Shown here one piece after another: positions 20,513-31,310 of a DNA stretch of 64,000 bases (positions within the stretch are counted from its first letter, which is position 1; each line of letters starts with the position of its first letter). This DNA is from an uncultured Nitrososphaerota archaeon (GTDB taxonomy: Archaea > Thermoproteota > Nitrososphaeria > Nitrososphaerales > Gagatemarchaeaceae). The notes beneath the pieces are model-generated. The model saw only the letters and a program-made list of their open reading frames with translations, was not told where the DNA came from and did no database searches. The DNA lies in assembly GCA_963718895.1 (NCBI GenBank), contig CAVRAG010000008.1, positions 864,001 to 928,000 of the forward strand, in the 5' to 3' direction. Made by a program: the position numbers and the translations under genes.

Positions 20513-22160
20513 ATGGCGACGAAAGAAAGCTGACCCACGGACCCCCGCTCGAGTCGAGCGCACCTTCCTCGTCTTGGTCCTGTCTCTCCTCCTCGTTGCA
20601 TGTATCCCCGTGACGGTGTCGCCCATGCATCTACCAAGACCGCATCCGTGGACATCGTCTCGACCCTCTCGAGCTCCTCGTGTGAGGACGCGGAGACGAG
20701 CACCCAGTGGTCCTGCAACATATCCGTGGTGAAGGGCAGTGCCGTCGTGGTGCTCCTCGGCTGCTTGAGCGTGACCACCGACTGCTCAGGCGACCAGGCA
20801 CTGGTCGGGGACTCTGAGGCAGACTCCTATGCGGGTATCAGCAGCGTATTCACTCCGTGCTCCTCTGAAGGCTGCAACGAGTACGCGTTCTGGACGTCGC
20901 CCACCATCACGGGGGTGGATTCTATCACGTTCAAGGTCTCCGAGAAGGAGTTCTTCGCCGCGGACATCTTCGACCTCACAGGGGTGAATTCGTCGGTCGC
21001 TCCGACCCACTTCGGCTTTGGGTCAGTCTCGGGCGGAGTTCCCGGCGGCAGTCTCACGTCTCTCGAGCCGTTCACGGGGGGCATCGTGCTGGCAGGGGTG
21101 GTCGCCGACTCGGTCCAGAAATTCTTGGCGGGCGCGGACTACGCCATGATCCCCGGCCAGCCGTGCCCTCAGGGGTGCGACGGCACACTGGGAGACTGGC
21201 AGGCCGCGGAGTACAGCAACCCGGCCTCCGGCTCATCGTTGCCGGTCGCCTTCAACTACCCGTCCACGAACGGCGGCTGGCAGGAACTGGCGGTTAGCTT
21301 CGCCCCGGTCAGGGCCTCCACCACCATCTCCTGCGCCGGATCCTTCGTCGCGGCGGGCGGCTCAAAGTGCACCGCCACCGTGACGGGGGATGGTCCGAAC
21401 GGGACGGTGTCGTGGTCGGCCAATTCCACGGGCACCTTCTCCCCCACCACCTGCACTGTATCCTCGGGCCAGTGCGACGTCCTGTTCACGCCCTCGAGCG
21501 CCGCGGCGGTCAACGTGACCGCAAGGTATGGAGGCGACGCCAGCAACCCCTTGACGGCGGGGAGCGCCGTCCTGAAGGTCGAAAAAGCGACGCCCCACGT
21601 CGGCGTGGTGTGCGGACCATCCCCTGTCCCGACGGGCTCCGAGACGACCTGCACCGCAACTGTCACGGGAGCGTCGCCTGCGGGTACGATCACCTGGGCC
21701 TCGAGCGGAGTCGCCAGACTTCTCGCCCGCCGCCACCTGCACCCTCTCGGCGGGGGCCTGCGCCGTCGACTACGTGCCCTCCCTCTCCTCCATCCCGATA
21801 GTCGTCACCGCGGCCTACTCGGGAGACGGGAACAACAGGGCGAGCTCGGGAACCTTCCAGCTCTCGACCGTGCAGGCTCAGAGCTCATCCTCCACCTCCG
21901 TAAGCACCACCTCTTCGACCATCGCTTCCACGCCCACGACCTCTTCCGCCTCGCCATCGTCGGCTTCGACGACGAGCTCTCCCTCTCAGACAACGACAGC
22001 AAGCCAGCAGACGAGCACCGGCGGGTCCTCTTCCTCCGCGCTTCCGCTTTCATATCTGGCGGTCGTCATCGTCATACAAGCCGTCATACTCGTCGCGCTT
22101 GCCGCGCGCCCTGCCAGAACGCCGAATAGACGCGCATTAGACCAGTCGCACGCACCTTAA
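20513..22160 (+). CDS. Surface protein with Ig-like repeats, S/T linker and TM anchor (frameshifted)
   Basis: Two repeats CTATVTG..GTxxW..C.V.F/Y.P..VTAxYxGDxxN; C-terminal TM followed by a basic tail. Confidence 0.7.
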
Positions 22161-22308
22161 ACCCGGGCGCGCCCTAACGTCTGTATTTCTCTTTTGCACG
22201 ACGACGAAGGAGACCAGAAGGAAGACGATGGAGAGAAGCTCCAGGGCCCCATCTCGAGGAGAAGCTGCAGGAATGTCCTGGAAACTCAGCCACTGAAAGG
22301 GTTGGCTT

Positions 22309-22815
22309 TCATCGTTGTGCCTTTCTTACCCATTCGTGGAAGCCAACGATTGGTGGGTCTATTTCCAGTTGCCAGAGCAGCGCATTGATTTCTCCTCGAT
22401 GTTGCAGTTCCTCCTCTATCATGTGATGCAGCATGTCTCCGACTCTGATGGTCTTCACAATCCGACCATCCCTGTATCGAAGCACTCTGTCGATGTCTTG
22501 CTCGTCCAGATGTTCGATGAAACTAGTGACAAGCAGATCAACTTCATTTTCCTCCTTCACCACCTCTCTCTTCGTATGTCGCTTCCGAGCGTGTCGTTCA
22601 TAATCGGGCAGTCGATTCTCGTAAACATACACGAACCACCACCGGTAGGCGTCCAACACGTGGACAAAGATGTCGACCATCGTCGGGAAAGAGGCACCGC
22701 TGGGCTGATACCTTACTCTGGCGGGAACCTTGCCAAAGATGGTGTTGAGATACCTCTTCCTTGCGAAGGAATTGTATTCGTACCAGCGCCTGATTGTTTC
22801 CAGCTCGGTACTCAA
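22309..22815 (-). CDS. DinB family protein
   Basis: YNSFARKRY, IFVHVLDAYRWW, HMIEEELQHRGEINALLWQL. Confidence 0.85.
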   Translation of the reverse strand: MSTELETIRRWYEYNSFARKRYLNTIFGKVPARVRYQPSGASFPTMVDIFVHVLDAYRWWFVYVYENRLPDYERHARKRHTKREVVKEENEVDLLVTSFIEHLDEQDIDRVLRYRDGRIVKTIRVGDMLHHMIEEELQHRGEINALLWQLEIDPPIVGFHEWVRKAQR

Positions 22816-22889
22816 TGACAGTCTAACTTGCTACGTAGCTAGATAAGGACCTTGAAAGAGGTGACCCCTCGCGAGAAGGACAGATGTCA

Positions 22890-23195
22890 CTACTCCTTCG
22901 CTGCGAGAGACAGTATCTGCTTGTAATTCTTCGTGTCCGGATTGAACAATGGGATCTTGGCGGCATCGCTGACGCTCACGGCGATTGAGATTGGATCAGT
23001 TCCAAAGATGTGCGTGGCCACGTTCAGTTCCCTCAGCAACCGGATGATGTTCAACAGGTAGAGGGATGACACAGGAAGCAGGACCATACGTTCCTTGACT
23101 AGCACCTTCGCAGATTTCTCGAAGAAACCCTGCAGATACACTACCCGCAGGTCACGCGAAGCTGATTGGATCCGGCCGACTTCAGAGTCAGACAT
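22890..23195 (-). CDS. Small single-domain LAGLIDADG-like protein, copy 1
   Basis: LRVVYLQGFFEKSA..LLREL..DAAKIPLFNP; resembles the C-terminal half of 31311-32508. Confidence 0.65.
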   Translation of the reverse strand: MSDSEVGRIQSASRDLRVVYLQGFFEKSAKVLVKERMVLLPVSSLYLLNIIRLLRELNVATHIFGTDPISIAVSVSDAAKIPLFNPDTKNYKQILSLAAKE

Positions 23196-23329
23196 GGCAT
23201 AGAACATCAAGACTATTCTTAAGCACAACGAATCCGATATCGACTGCTTAGTCTCTCATGACCTTGGGCTTGAAAAATGGCGAGGATTGAGGCAAACGAA
23301 ACCGGTGAGCCACGTGACCTGCCGTACGC

Positions 23330-23707
23330 CTAACCCTCAATCCGCTTCAAGATCTTGTCTTCTTCCTCTCGCAGCTTCTTGACCCTGCCGCCTATGCGGC
23401 GGGCCCACAGAAAGTTCACCGCTCCGACATACAGCCAAGCCACTGTCAGAAGAATCAGCAACCCTTCGAATACAAGAAGCCCCGGGTCCAGCAGGTTGAC
23501 TGTCGCTGTCGTCTGTCCGGTCGCGAAGGGAAGTATGACCTGCGACGCGTAGGATGCAAGCAGGAGGACCGAGACGATGAGCGTGACGATGGATAGCAGT
23601 CTGATCCTTGCCGTGCCCTCCTCGACGCGTTGAACGAACAGCTCATTCAGTTCCATCGCCTGGATGCCTGGAGGCATCTCCGGAGGAAAGTCTTCTAAAT
23701 CGGACAA
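23330..23707 (-). CDS. Two-TM membrane protein
   Basis: Two hydrophobic helices and a charged C-terminal tail. Confidence 0.65.
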   Translation of the reverse strand: MSDLEDFPPEMPPGIQAMELNELFVQRVEEGTARIRLLSIVTLIVSVLLLASYASQVILPFATGQTTATVNLLDPGLLVFEGLLILLTVAWLYVGAVNFLWARRIGGRVKKLREEEDKILKRIEG

Positions 23708-23841
23708 GTGGCGGTGTTGAGCCGTTCCGAAATAAAACCATTCCTTACGTCGCGTAAGGCTCCAGTAGCGTATGGGGGGACGATTCGCAGTTTGACGAGC
23801 TCTGAGAGCTTAATTACTACAACGCTCACTCTTGCGACCGG

Positions 23842-24153
23842 TTGAAGCCTAGCAGGGCCAGGCTGCTTTCTCTGATGGAGATCCTGCACGCCCTAAGGGA
23901 GGGCCCGCTCATCCGCAACAGGATCAGCCAAGTCTGCAACATCAACTACCAGCGCCTCGTTGAGATGCTCGAACATCTCGAGAAGAGGGGGCTGATTGCC
24001 CACGCTCTGCAGGAAGGCCACGACTCATACAGCCTCACGCCGGAAGGTCTCAAGGTCTCGATGAACTACGAGTGGATCAATGCGATGGTCGTGGGCGATG
24101 CACCGGAATCTTTCGGTACGCCTACGCATCAAGGTTCCAAGGGGCCACCTTAG
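23842..24153 (+). CDS. Winged helix-turn-helix protein
   Basis: EILHAL..RNRISQVCNINYQRLVEMLEHLEKRGLI..YSLTPEG. Confidence 0.85.
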   Translation: MKPSRARLLSLMEILHALREGPLIRNRISQVCNINYQRLVEMLEHLEKRGLIAHALQEGHDSYSLTPEGLKVSMNYEWINAMVVGDAPESFGTPTHQGSKGPP

Positions 24154-24258
24154 CCACGCGAATCTTCTCGCTTCCAAACCCGCATTTAACCTTGCCTTAC
24201 AGCGCGTAACTACTGCGAGTAAGGAATTCTCTTTAAGCAAACGACGTCCCTTCTCCCT

Positions 24259-25570
24259 ATGTTCACTCGTTCGAAGCAGGAAACGGTCGAAAGGGAGGGC
24301 CGAGATGACGGAGCGGGGCCGGCTAGGCCCATCTGGATTGGGTATGGCCTCACAGGTGGCCGGATTTCTCTGAGCCACGCCGAACTGAGGAAGAGACTCA
24401 TTATCTCCGGTCGCAGGGCCGACGAGATGGCCGCTCTGCTGGCTTTCGCGTGCAGGGAGGCGGGGCTGAGAACGCTCGTTCTCGACCTGGACGGCTCGAT
24501 TGCCGAGCGAGTCTCGGGCTACTTCGAGGCCTACGACTTCAACTGCTTTCTCTACGATGCCTTCGAGATCGAGGAGGAAGACGCCGTCAGGCACAGTCAG
24601 CTCCTCGCGGCCGCGTACACTTCTGCGCTGGGGCTGGATGCTGAGGAGGAGGCCATCCTGATCGCCGCAATGCACAAGCAGGCGGTCGAGGACACAAGGG
24701 CGAGCCCGGCCCCGCTCTTCGCCCCCATCGGGGCCGTGGAGGGGTTCAGGGGCTTCTACGTCGAGAAGCTCCAGGGTAGGATTGGAGGGCTCCGATACCT
24801 CGAAGTAGCTGAAGGCGGGTCGCTCAGGTCTCTCCTGTCGCTCCCCGGGTCGTTGGTAAGCTTCAGGAGCGCCCGTTACGCCCAGGCGATGGAGCTAGCG
24901 GCCGCAGCCTTCATTGCGAAGCTCCTCGATATGTGGCCTGCTGCCAAGACCACTCCAGACGTGCTGATAGTGAATGGCGCGCACAGGCTCTTCAAGGCCA
25001 CAGCGCGCCCCGCGCACACCAACAGGCTCCTCACGGAGTGGCTCGACTCGCAGATGACCGTGATCCTGGCCTGCGACGAGACGCAGTTCCTCGACGAGGC
25101 TGTCCCCCAGGCGTTCCCTCTCAAGATAATGTCGAGCGACGCCTGGAACGAGGGGGTCGAGGACCGGTGGAAGGCAAACACCAGGGAGCCTCTGCTCCCG
25201 AACGCCTTCGTGCTCGCCGACGGCCACTACGGGCACCAGAGGGCGTTCATAGCCAGGAACTACGAGCAGAGGGCCTCGCCGCTGAGGTCCGGGCCTGCCG
25301 CGGTCGAACCTCTGAACAGGGAGCAAGCCGACACGCTCACCACGCTAATCCTCCAAGACATCAAGAGCTACGAGGCCCCGACGAGAAACTCGATCGATTG
25401 ATTTCCTCTCCGCGGAGTTCGGCGCCGACCGCGTGAAGGGCGAGCTCGACCGCCTGCACTCCCAGGGACACATCGCGCTCGAGAGCGTCGACGTCAGGTC
25501 GGGGCCCTCCATCATGGCCTACAGGCTGACGGAGTCCGGCGTGACCCTTCTGGAGGCGCTCTCCAATTGA
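24259..25570 (+). CDS. Degenerate HerA-like ATPase with C-terminal wHTH (frameshift near 25400)
   Basis: IWIGY..KRLIISGRRADEMA (Walker A lost), LVLDLDGS, LIVNGAHRL (Walker B lost); continues as ELDRLHSQGHI..YRLTESG. Confidence 0.65.
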
Positions 25571-26593
25571 CCTTCACACTCGCGGCCCTGCCGCGCATCC
25601 AGACGCAGTGCAAGGCGATAGACACGCTCACGGACGGAGGGCTCCCGACCGGCACGATAACGCAGATCTTCGGCGAGAAGGCGCTGGGCAAGTCGATAAT
25701 CTCGTTCCAGACGGCGTGCGCGGCCGTCGCGGCCGGGTCGAGCGCGATCATCCTGGACACCGAGCAGTCCTACGGCTCCTACCTGGTCCCGTACTGGGCG
25801 GAGCGGATGAGCCGGAGGTTCGGGAAGGACATCCCGATCTACGACGTGAAGCTCGAGAGGACCCCCAAGGTGAGCGGGAAGAAGAAGGGGGTCACGAGGG
25901 GCCAGGTCATCTCCGCCTTCAGCGGCGTCCTGGACAACCTCGGGATCGTCTACAGCGACATGGGCCTGAACTCGCTCGCCGACGTCGTCTCCCCCGAGTT
26001 CCACGCCGAGATACCGAAGAGCGACGGGCCGTCCGTGATGCTCCTCCAGGCGCCGGACGTGATCGACCTGCTCGCGCTCCACGGTATAGACGCGAAGAAG
26101 ACCGTCTCCGAGGGGTCCAGGGTTGAGCTCAGGCTCCAGTCGACGCCCACGTACGAGTCGGTCCTGCACCAGATCGATCCAGCAGACCAAGGCGAAGCTG
26201 CTGATCTACGACTCGGTCTCGGCGCCCTTCAAGGCGGCCTTCTCGAACACCCAGGACCTCCCGGCGAGGTCAGCCGGCCTCGCGATGCTGCTCGCCCACG
26301 CCCAGCGGCTCTGCGTCGAGTTCGGCATCGCGGTCGAGGTGGTCAGCCACGTCTCGATAGACCCCATCAAGGCGTGGGACCGGCGCCCCTACGGCGGGGT
26401 GATACTCGGCCACGACGCCAAGTTCTCGCTCGAGCTGACCAAGGGGACGGCCAAGAGGAACGCCGCGGCGTCGGCCGTCAACCCCGAGGACGGGGCCGAG
26501 GGCGTCAAGGCGTTCTGGGTCGCCCGGCACCCGGCGATGGAGGAGTACTCGAAGTTCGGGTACTCGAGGCAGGACGACGAGGGGTTCCACTGA
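25567..26593 (+). CDS. RadA/RadB-like RecA-superfamily ATPase with a large internal insertion (frameshift near 26175)
   Basis: IDTLTDGGLPTGTITQIFGEKALGKS, IILDTEQSY, LLIYDSVSAPFK, GGVILGH. Confidence 0.8.
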
Positions 26594-26595
26594 CC

Positions 26596-27683
26596 ATGGG
26601 GCTCCTCCTCAAGGGGTTCGTGCTCGTCGTCGGCCTCGTCTCGCTGACGCTCGGGATCTTCCCGGTCTGGATAGCCTGCTTCGGCTACCTGGCGTACTCG
26701 CTCTGGTCATCGACCCGGCGCAGGAACGTCTACGTGATGGACAAGACCGGAGGGGAGCAGGTGCCTCCGCAGCCGAACAAGCGCGGCTTCTTCAGGAAGC
26801 GGTACGCGGTTGCGGGCCTCCTCTTCATCCTCGCCGCGCGTCGCGGCCGCAGACAGGGGGACGTACTCGCCGCTCGTCTTCCTCTCCCTGGGGGTCGTGA
26901 TCATCCTCTCAGGGGTGCTAAGCTTCGGCCCCGGGCGGCTCGACGGTCCGGCCCGTCCCCGGCTCGATCCTGCTCAGGTCGAGGTGGTTCCCCCTCTCGT
27001 GGACGTCCCTCGTCGAGGTGAAGTTCGCCACGTCCCAGATGTCAAAGGCGCTCTCCTCGGTCGGGAGCGAGGTGCTGCTCACCACCGACTCCGAGAAGGT
27101 CTCGGTCTACCTGCCCGTGAGGGCGCTCGCACTCTCAGCCCCCCAGGCGGACAGGAAGGTCGTCGAGAGGTTGGAGCCCATAGCGAGGTCCCTGAGCGGG
27201 AAGGGCGCCTACGTCCTGCCCCTCGACGGCAAGGAGGCCGGCGCCCGGCTCTCCTGGTCCCTGAAGCCCGTGGACCTCGCGCTTGAGTACGGGAGGAACG
27301 GGGTCGTCTCTCTGAACTCCACGCCCTTCGACGCGCTCGTGCTGAGGCCGGAGGGCCACCTCGTCGAGGCCGCCGCGGCGTACGTGAAGGTCCCGAGCAA
27401 GAAGGAAGGGATGGCGGTCCCGTCGGCGGGGCGCAAGCTGGAGAGCCAGCCGCTCGTCTGGGAGGCGCTCGAGGTCCTGGCGGAGAAGTTCCAGGGGCGC
27501 GAGGCGGACGCCTACACGACCTTCCTGAGCAGCGTCTGCGCCACGCGGGGCGAGGCCCTCGGGGAGAGGCTGACCAACGCGGGGCCGGGAGGCTCGTCGA
27601 CCGTCACGATCAGCGCCCTTGGCTCGGACCAGGTGGTCCTGACGAGGCCGCAGCTCCGGGCGATAGTGAGGGTCTATGGCTGA
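26596..27683 (+). CDS. Membrane protein (about 4 N-terminal TMs plus a soluble domain), frameshifted
   Basis: MGLLLKGFVLVVGLVSLTLG.. joins ORFs 26810 and 27018; starts 2 bp after the RadA-like stop. Confidence 0.6.
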
Positions 27684-28119
27684 CCAGATGATAGACTACG
27701 ACTCAGAGGAGTTCAGGAGGCTCGGGGCGGTCCTGGCAGCCCTCGTCGACCTGAGGGAGGCGGAGATACTTTCGAGCTGCCGGGAGGTGATAGACGCGGC
27801 GTTCGCGGACTCGGCGGGTGGGTGGGTCATGGAGGTCCTGCGCAGGTCCTCCGAGCCGCTGAGCCTGCGTCAGCTGGCGGCGAGGTGCAAGAGCGGGAAG
27901 CGGTCAGTCCTGCCCGAGGGCAGGGTCAGGATGGTTGTCGACGGGCTCAGCAGGGCGGGCATGCTCGTGAACCTCGGGACCCCGGAGAAGCCGAGGTACT
28001 CCCTCGACGGGGAGGACAGGCGCGTCAGGGTCCTTGAGAAGATTTACGGTCCTACCGCTTCGCGGGGTCTGAGGGAAGTCGTTAGCAGGGCAACGAGGGA
28101 GCAAAGCGACGACCGATAG
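27676..28119 (+). CDS. Winged-helix protein
   Basis: VMEVLRRSSEPLSLRQLA..VDGLSRAGML..PRYSL; overlaps the upstream stop. Confidence 0.65.
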   Translation: MADQMIDYDSEEFRRLGAVLAALVDLREAEILSSCREVIDAAFADSAGGWVMEVLRRSSEPLSLRQLAARCKSGKRSVLPEGRVRMVVDGLSRAGMLVNLGTPEKPRYSLDGEDRRVRVLEKIYGPTASRGLREVVSRATREQSDDR

Positions 28120-28189
28120 TCCGAAGAGTCATCAGGACCAACCCTGCAAAGGTTGAAGACTGCATACTCTGCAGTGATTCCCTGCGTTG

Positions 28190-28327
28190 ACGTTCCTCCT
28201 GACTCCGGCGACGGGAAGCCGCTTCATCGGGAGAAAGGAACTCGTCCCTGAGCTCGTCACAGAGCTTTCCAAGAACAAGATCGGTTTCTCGCTCTCGGGC
28301 ATCCGGAGGATCGGGAAGACGAGTGTG
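28190..28327 (+). pseudogene. N-terminal fragment of an archaeal AAA/STAND-type ATPase
   Basis: PATGSRFIGRKEL..SLSGIRRIGKTS, ending just after Walker A. Confidence 0.65.
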
Positions 28328-28376
28328 TTGCTGTTCGCGATGATGTTGGCGCCGACCAGCATCGGTCTCGTGGCGC
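28318..28376 (-). repeat. Internal fragment of HerA-like ATPase B (ATRPMLVGANIIANSNTL)
   Basis: Matches ATRPILVSPNIIANSNTL at about 29582-29637. Confidence 0.8.
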
Positions 28377-28419
28377 GTCCCCTTGAGCTTCTCCTAGGTA
28401 CCGGTGCCGCACCATCTAT

Positions 28420-28530
28420 CTATCGGGAGATTTCTTGCACCTTCGCCGTCTCGACCTAGTGTCGGGCGTCGAGACCCGCACCATAGTCTAGCCGATCTTA
28501 AGGAAGGTGAAGTCCGGGTTGAACCCTGCC
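28420..28530 (-). repeat. Decayed orphan 3' end of HerA-like ATPase A
   Basis: FLKIG*TMVRVSTPD..TAKVQEISR*; aligns to 11864-11970. Confidence 0.75.
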
Positions 28531-28549
28531 GGCCGCCATGGTCGTCCGG

Positions 28550-28921
28550 CTACAGCATGATCGCATCGGGGAGACCGCTGAAGTGCCCGTCTCCCGTCAC
28601 GACCCTGGCCGAGCCCGCCCTCGCGGTCGCCAGGATTATCGAGTCCATCATCCCCCAGTCTCTGACCGTCTTCTTCAGGGTGTGGTTCAGCTCCCCTGCC
28701 AGGAGCGCGATCTGCCTGTCAACTGGCGTGAGGAGCGTGCGACCCACTATGAACGCCACGTCCTCCTCCAAGGAGGGCCACTTCTCCCTGAGGTACTTCT
28801 CCCTGAGCTCGGCGAGCGTGACGGTCGAGGTCGCGGTGCGGTCGCCTTCGATGTACCCGCGGACCTTCCGCCCCGCCTCCGTCCCCCTGAAGTACTCGAC
28901 CCAGGCGAACGAATCTATCAC
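28550..28921 (-). CDS. vapC: VapC PIN toxin
   Basis: IDSFAWVEYF, TLAEL, GMMDSIILATA, VVTGDGHF. Confidence 0.92.
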   Translation of the reverse strand: MIDSFAWVEYFRGTEAGRKVRGYIEGDRTATSTVTLAELREKYLREKWPSLEEDVAFIVGRTLLTPVDRQIALLAGELNHTLKKTVRDWGMMDSIILATARAGSARVVTGDGHFSGLPDAIML

Positions 28922-28925
28922 GTAC

Positions 28926-29147
28926 TCATAGCTCGTGGGGCGCTTCCTCCTTTCGCGTGAAGGGCTTCATCTGAGGGTGGGCGCCGAACATCGACTCGGG
29001 GACGTTCTCGGCCTTGCTGATGAGGCGCCTGACGGTCTCGTCCATGCTCCTCGCACCGTACTTCTCCTTGAGGTCCTCGAGCATCCTCGCCGTCGTCCTC
29101 TTCAGCTCCACGGTCGTCGTGGCTGTAGTCGCTGGCATGGTTTCCAT
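28926..29147 (-). CDS. VapB-like antitoxin
   Basis: TTVELKRTTARMLEDLKEKYGARSMDETVRRLI..SMFG. Confidence 0.8.
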   Translation of the reverse strand: METMPATTATTTVELKRTTARMLEDLKEKYGARSMDETVRRLISKAENVPESMFGAHPQMKPFTRKEEAPHEL

Positions 29148-29330
29148 AGCCCATAGCCCATGGTTATCTTAAAGCCTTCGTCAGGGATGCCCCCTGAGCG
29201 TTGAGCTTGCGCCGCATGTGCTGCACCACCCCCTCGATCTTTGTCGCGCCGCAGCTGCACCGGTACCTCAGCCTCTTGCCCTGGCGTCCCGAACGCTCCC
29301 ACCTGTGCCTGTGAGCGGACGGTCCTGCCC

Positions 29331-29374
29331 CCATGGCGTCGGGGAAGCCCTTGTAGTTCCCCCTGTCCGGCGCG
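29331..29374 (-). repeat. 44-bp internal fragment of HerA-like ATPase A (APDRGNYKGFPDAM)
   Basis: 42/44 match to 15485-15528; lies 12 bp after the ATPase B stop. Confidence 0.8.
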
Positions 29375-29386
29375 GCGAGCCACCGT

Positions 29387-30526
29387 TCAGACCTGCCTGT
29401 TCAGGACTGCAAGGTTCGGATCGACTCTGCAGCGGATGGGGTTGAGCGGCTTTGGTGAGTTGATCTGGATCATCGCCTCGCCGACCGGCAGCCGCCTGAG
29501 GGAGTCGGCTGTGGATGCCCCGCCCATGAAGAACCCTGCGGCGGTCTCGATGTCCTCGGCGTTGTTGAGCATGTGGCAGATGAGCGTGTTGCTGTTCGCG
29601 ATGATGTTGGGGCTCACGAGGATCGGCCTGGTGGCGCAGGTGATGAGCGAGAACCCGTACTTCCTCAGCTCGATGGCGCACCTCTCGGGGATGCTGATGT
29701 AGTCCCGCCTGTTCGGGCAGACGTGGTGGGCCTCGTCTATCACGAAGGCCAGGGAGATCGCGTCGCCCGAGGGCTTGCTCCTCCTCCTGACCTCCTCGTA
29801 GACCTGCTTGAGGACGACCTGGCTGAGCAGGTTCCTCGCGTTGTCGTCTGGGAGCACCGACAGGTCGATCACGGTCAGGTTCGGCTCGAAGAGCTGCGCC
29901 ACCCCGAAGGTACTGTAGGAGCGGTTGAAGGTCGCGCCCACCTTCGAGACCGTCAGCGGCCAGAGGCGCGATATGGCAGCCTCGATGGCCTCGGGCCAGC
30001 CGCCCTTGTCCTCGTTCTCGCTCATCAGCCTCTGGAGGTCCGCTATCAGATCCGTGATGGTGAGGACCTTCTTGGACCCGCGGTAGTGGCGGGACAGGGT
30101 GGTCCGGAGGACGCGACCCTGGAGCGGAGAGAGCTCCTGCAGGTAGGAGACGCGGTAGAAGTGGTCCACGAGCGACAGCCAGCCCTCCAGCTGCGTATCC
30201 AGGTCGCCCTCCTCGAGCCCGAAGAGCGCTATGGAGAGGTTCTCGCCGGGTCGGAGAGTGACGACCCTGTTGGCTCCGGCGAAGGCCTCGGCGTACTCGC
30301 CCGTCCTGTCGAGGACGACCGTCGGGACGCGGTTCCCGGCCAGGCCGGCGCACACGACCTTGGCGGTCGTGGACTTGCCCGAGCCCGTGGTGCCGGTGAT
30401 GTGGACGTGCCGGGCGAGCGACCGGAGCTCGAGGCGCACGTCGCCCTTGGGTTCCGGGTCCATCGCAAGCGTCGCACGGCCCAGGAGGACCGACGGCGTC
30501 TGCTTCGGTTGTACGGTGTTCTGCAT
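29387..30526 (-). CDS. HerA/FtsK/VirB4-superfamily ATPase B (DUF87-like)
   Basis: RHVHITGTTGSGKST, VLDRTGEY, FVIDEAHH, ELRKYG, LPVGEAMI. Confidence 0.9.
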   Translation of the reverse strand: MQNTVQPKQTPSVLLGRATLAMDPEPKGDVRLELRSLARHVHITGTTGSGKSTTAKVVCAGLAGNRVPTVVLDRTGEYAEAFAGANRVVTLRPGENLSIALFGLEEGDLDTQLEGWLSLVDHFYRVSYLQELSPLQGRVLRTTLSRHYRGSKKVLTITDLIADLQRLMSENEDKGGWPEAIEAAISRLWPLTVSKVGATFNRSYSTFGVAQLFEPNLTVIDLSVLPDDNARNLLSQVVLKQVYEEVRRRSKPSGDAISLAFVIDEAHHVCPNRRDYISIPERCAIELRKYGFSLITCATRPILVSPNIIANSNTLICHMLNNAEDIETAAGFFMGGASTADSLRRLPVGEAMIQINSPKPLNPIRCRVDPNLAVLNRQV

Positions 30527-30811
30527 GTTAGTAACGACGTCGTGACCATCGGATTAGCTCACGGTCTCGCTTTCGTGACCATGGAGGGCTCCACGGTCAC
30601 GTTTCCGGTACCATGCGTTGATTTGTCGGTCACGCGCATGATACCGTCGTGCCTCACTGAAGCGCATAGATGAACGCCCGATCGAAGGGTCGGGCGCGAT
30701 TTAGGCCTGTGCACGAGAGCGGTCTGCGACAAAGCGCGGTGAAGGTGGGGAGGCGACCGTGTACCGCACAGGAGGAAGGAAGGGAGGAATGACAGTGCAG
30801 CCACGTCAGCA

Positions 30812-31198
30812 CTACATCGCGTACAGGTAGGGCATGGTCGGCTCGAGCGTACCATCGACGGGGTTGACCTTGAGGCGCAGGGCTTCCAGGGTCGTCACGC
30901 CGAGCAGGAGCGCGTCTCCGGGCCCCACCAGGACGGTCACCGCCCTCTTCGAGGAACCATACTCGATCACGGCGTCGGCCAGACCCGCCTCCCTCGTCGT
31001 GCCGTCGGCGAGACTGACCTTGATGACCTCGTTCGGGGTTATCCCGAGCTCCCGGGCCAGCGAGGGCGAGAGCTTCGTGTAAAGCGCTCCCGTGTCGACG
31101 AGCATCTCCACATCCCTGTGGCCCTTCGTCCCATGCACCCGGACAACCACCCTGGTCTCTCCCATCTTCATTGACTCACTGAAGACCAACGCCGGCAA
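30812..31198 (-). CDS. Clan AA (retropepsin-like) aspartyl protease
   Basis: MLVDTGA..LADG..LLGVTTLEAL..VNP. Confidence 0.85.
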   Translation of the reverse strand: MPALVFSESMKMGETRVVVRVHGTKGHRDVEMLVDTGALYTKLSPSLARELGITPNEVIKVSLADGTTREAGLADAVIEYGSSKRAVTVLVGPGDALLLGVTTLEALRLKVNPVDGTLEPTMPYLYAM

Positions 31199-31310
31199 TA
31201 AACATTAGCGCCACGGTCGCCCGGCGCTGCAAACCACCTCCGGCTGCGTTTGCAACGGATGAAACCGATCACCGTTCCGTTGAGCCAAAACTCAAAGGAG
31301 GTGATAAGAA

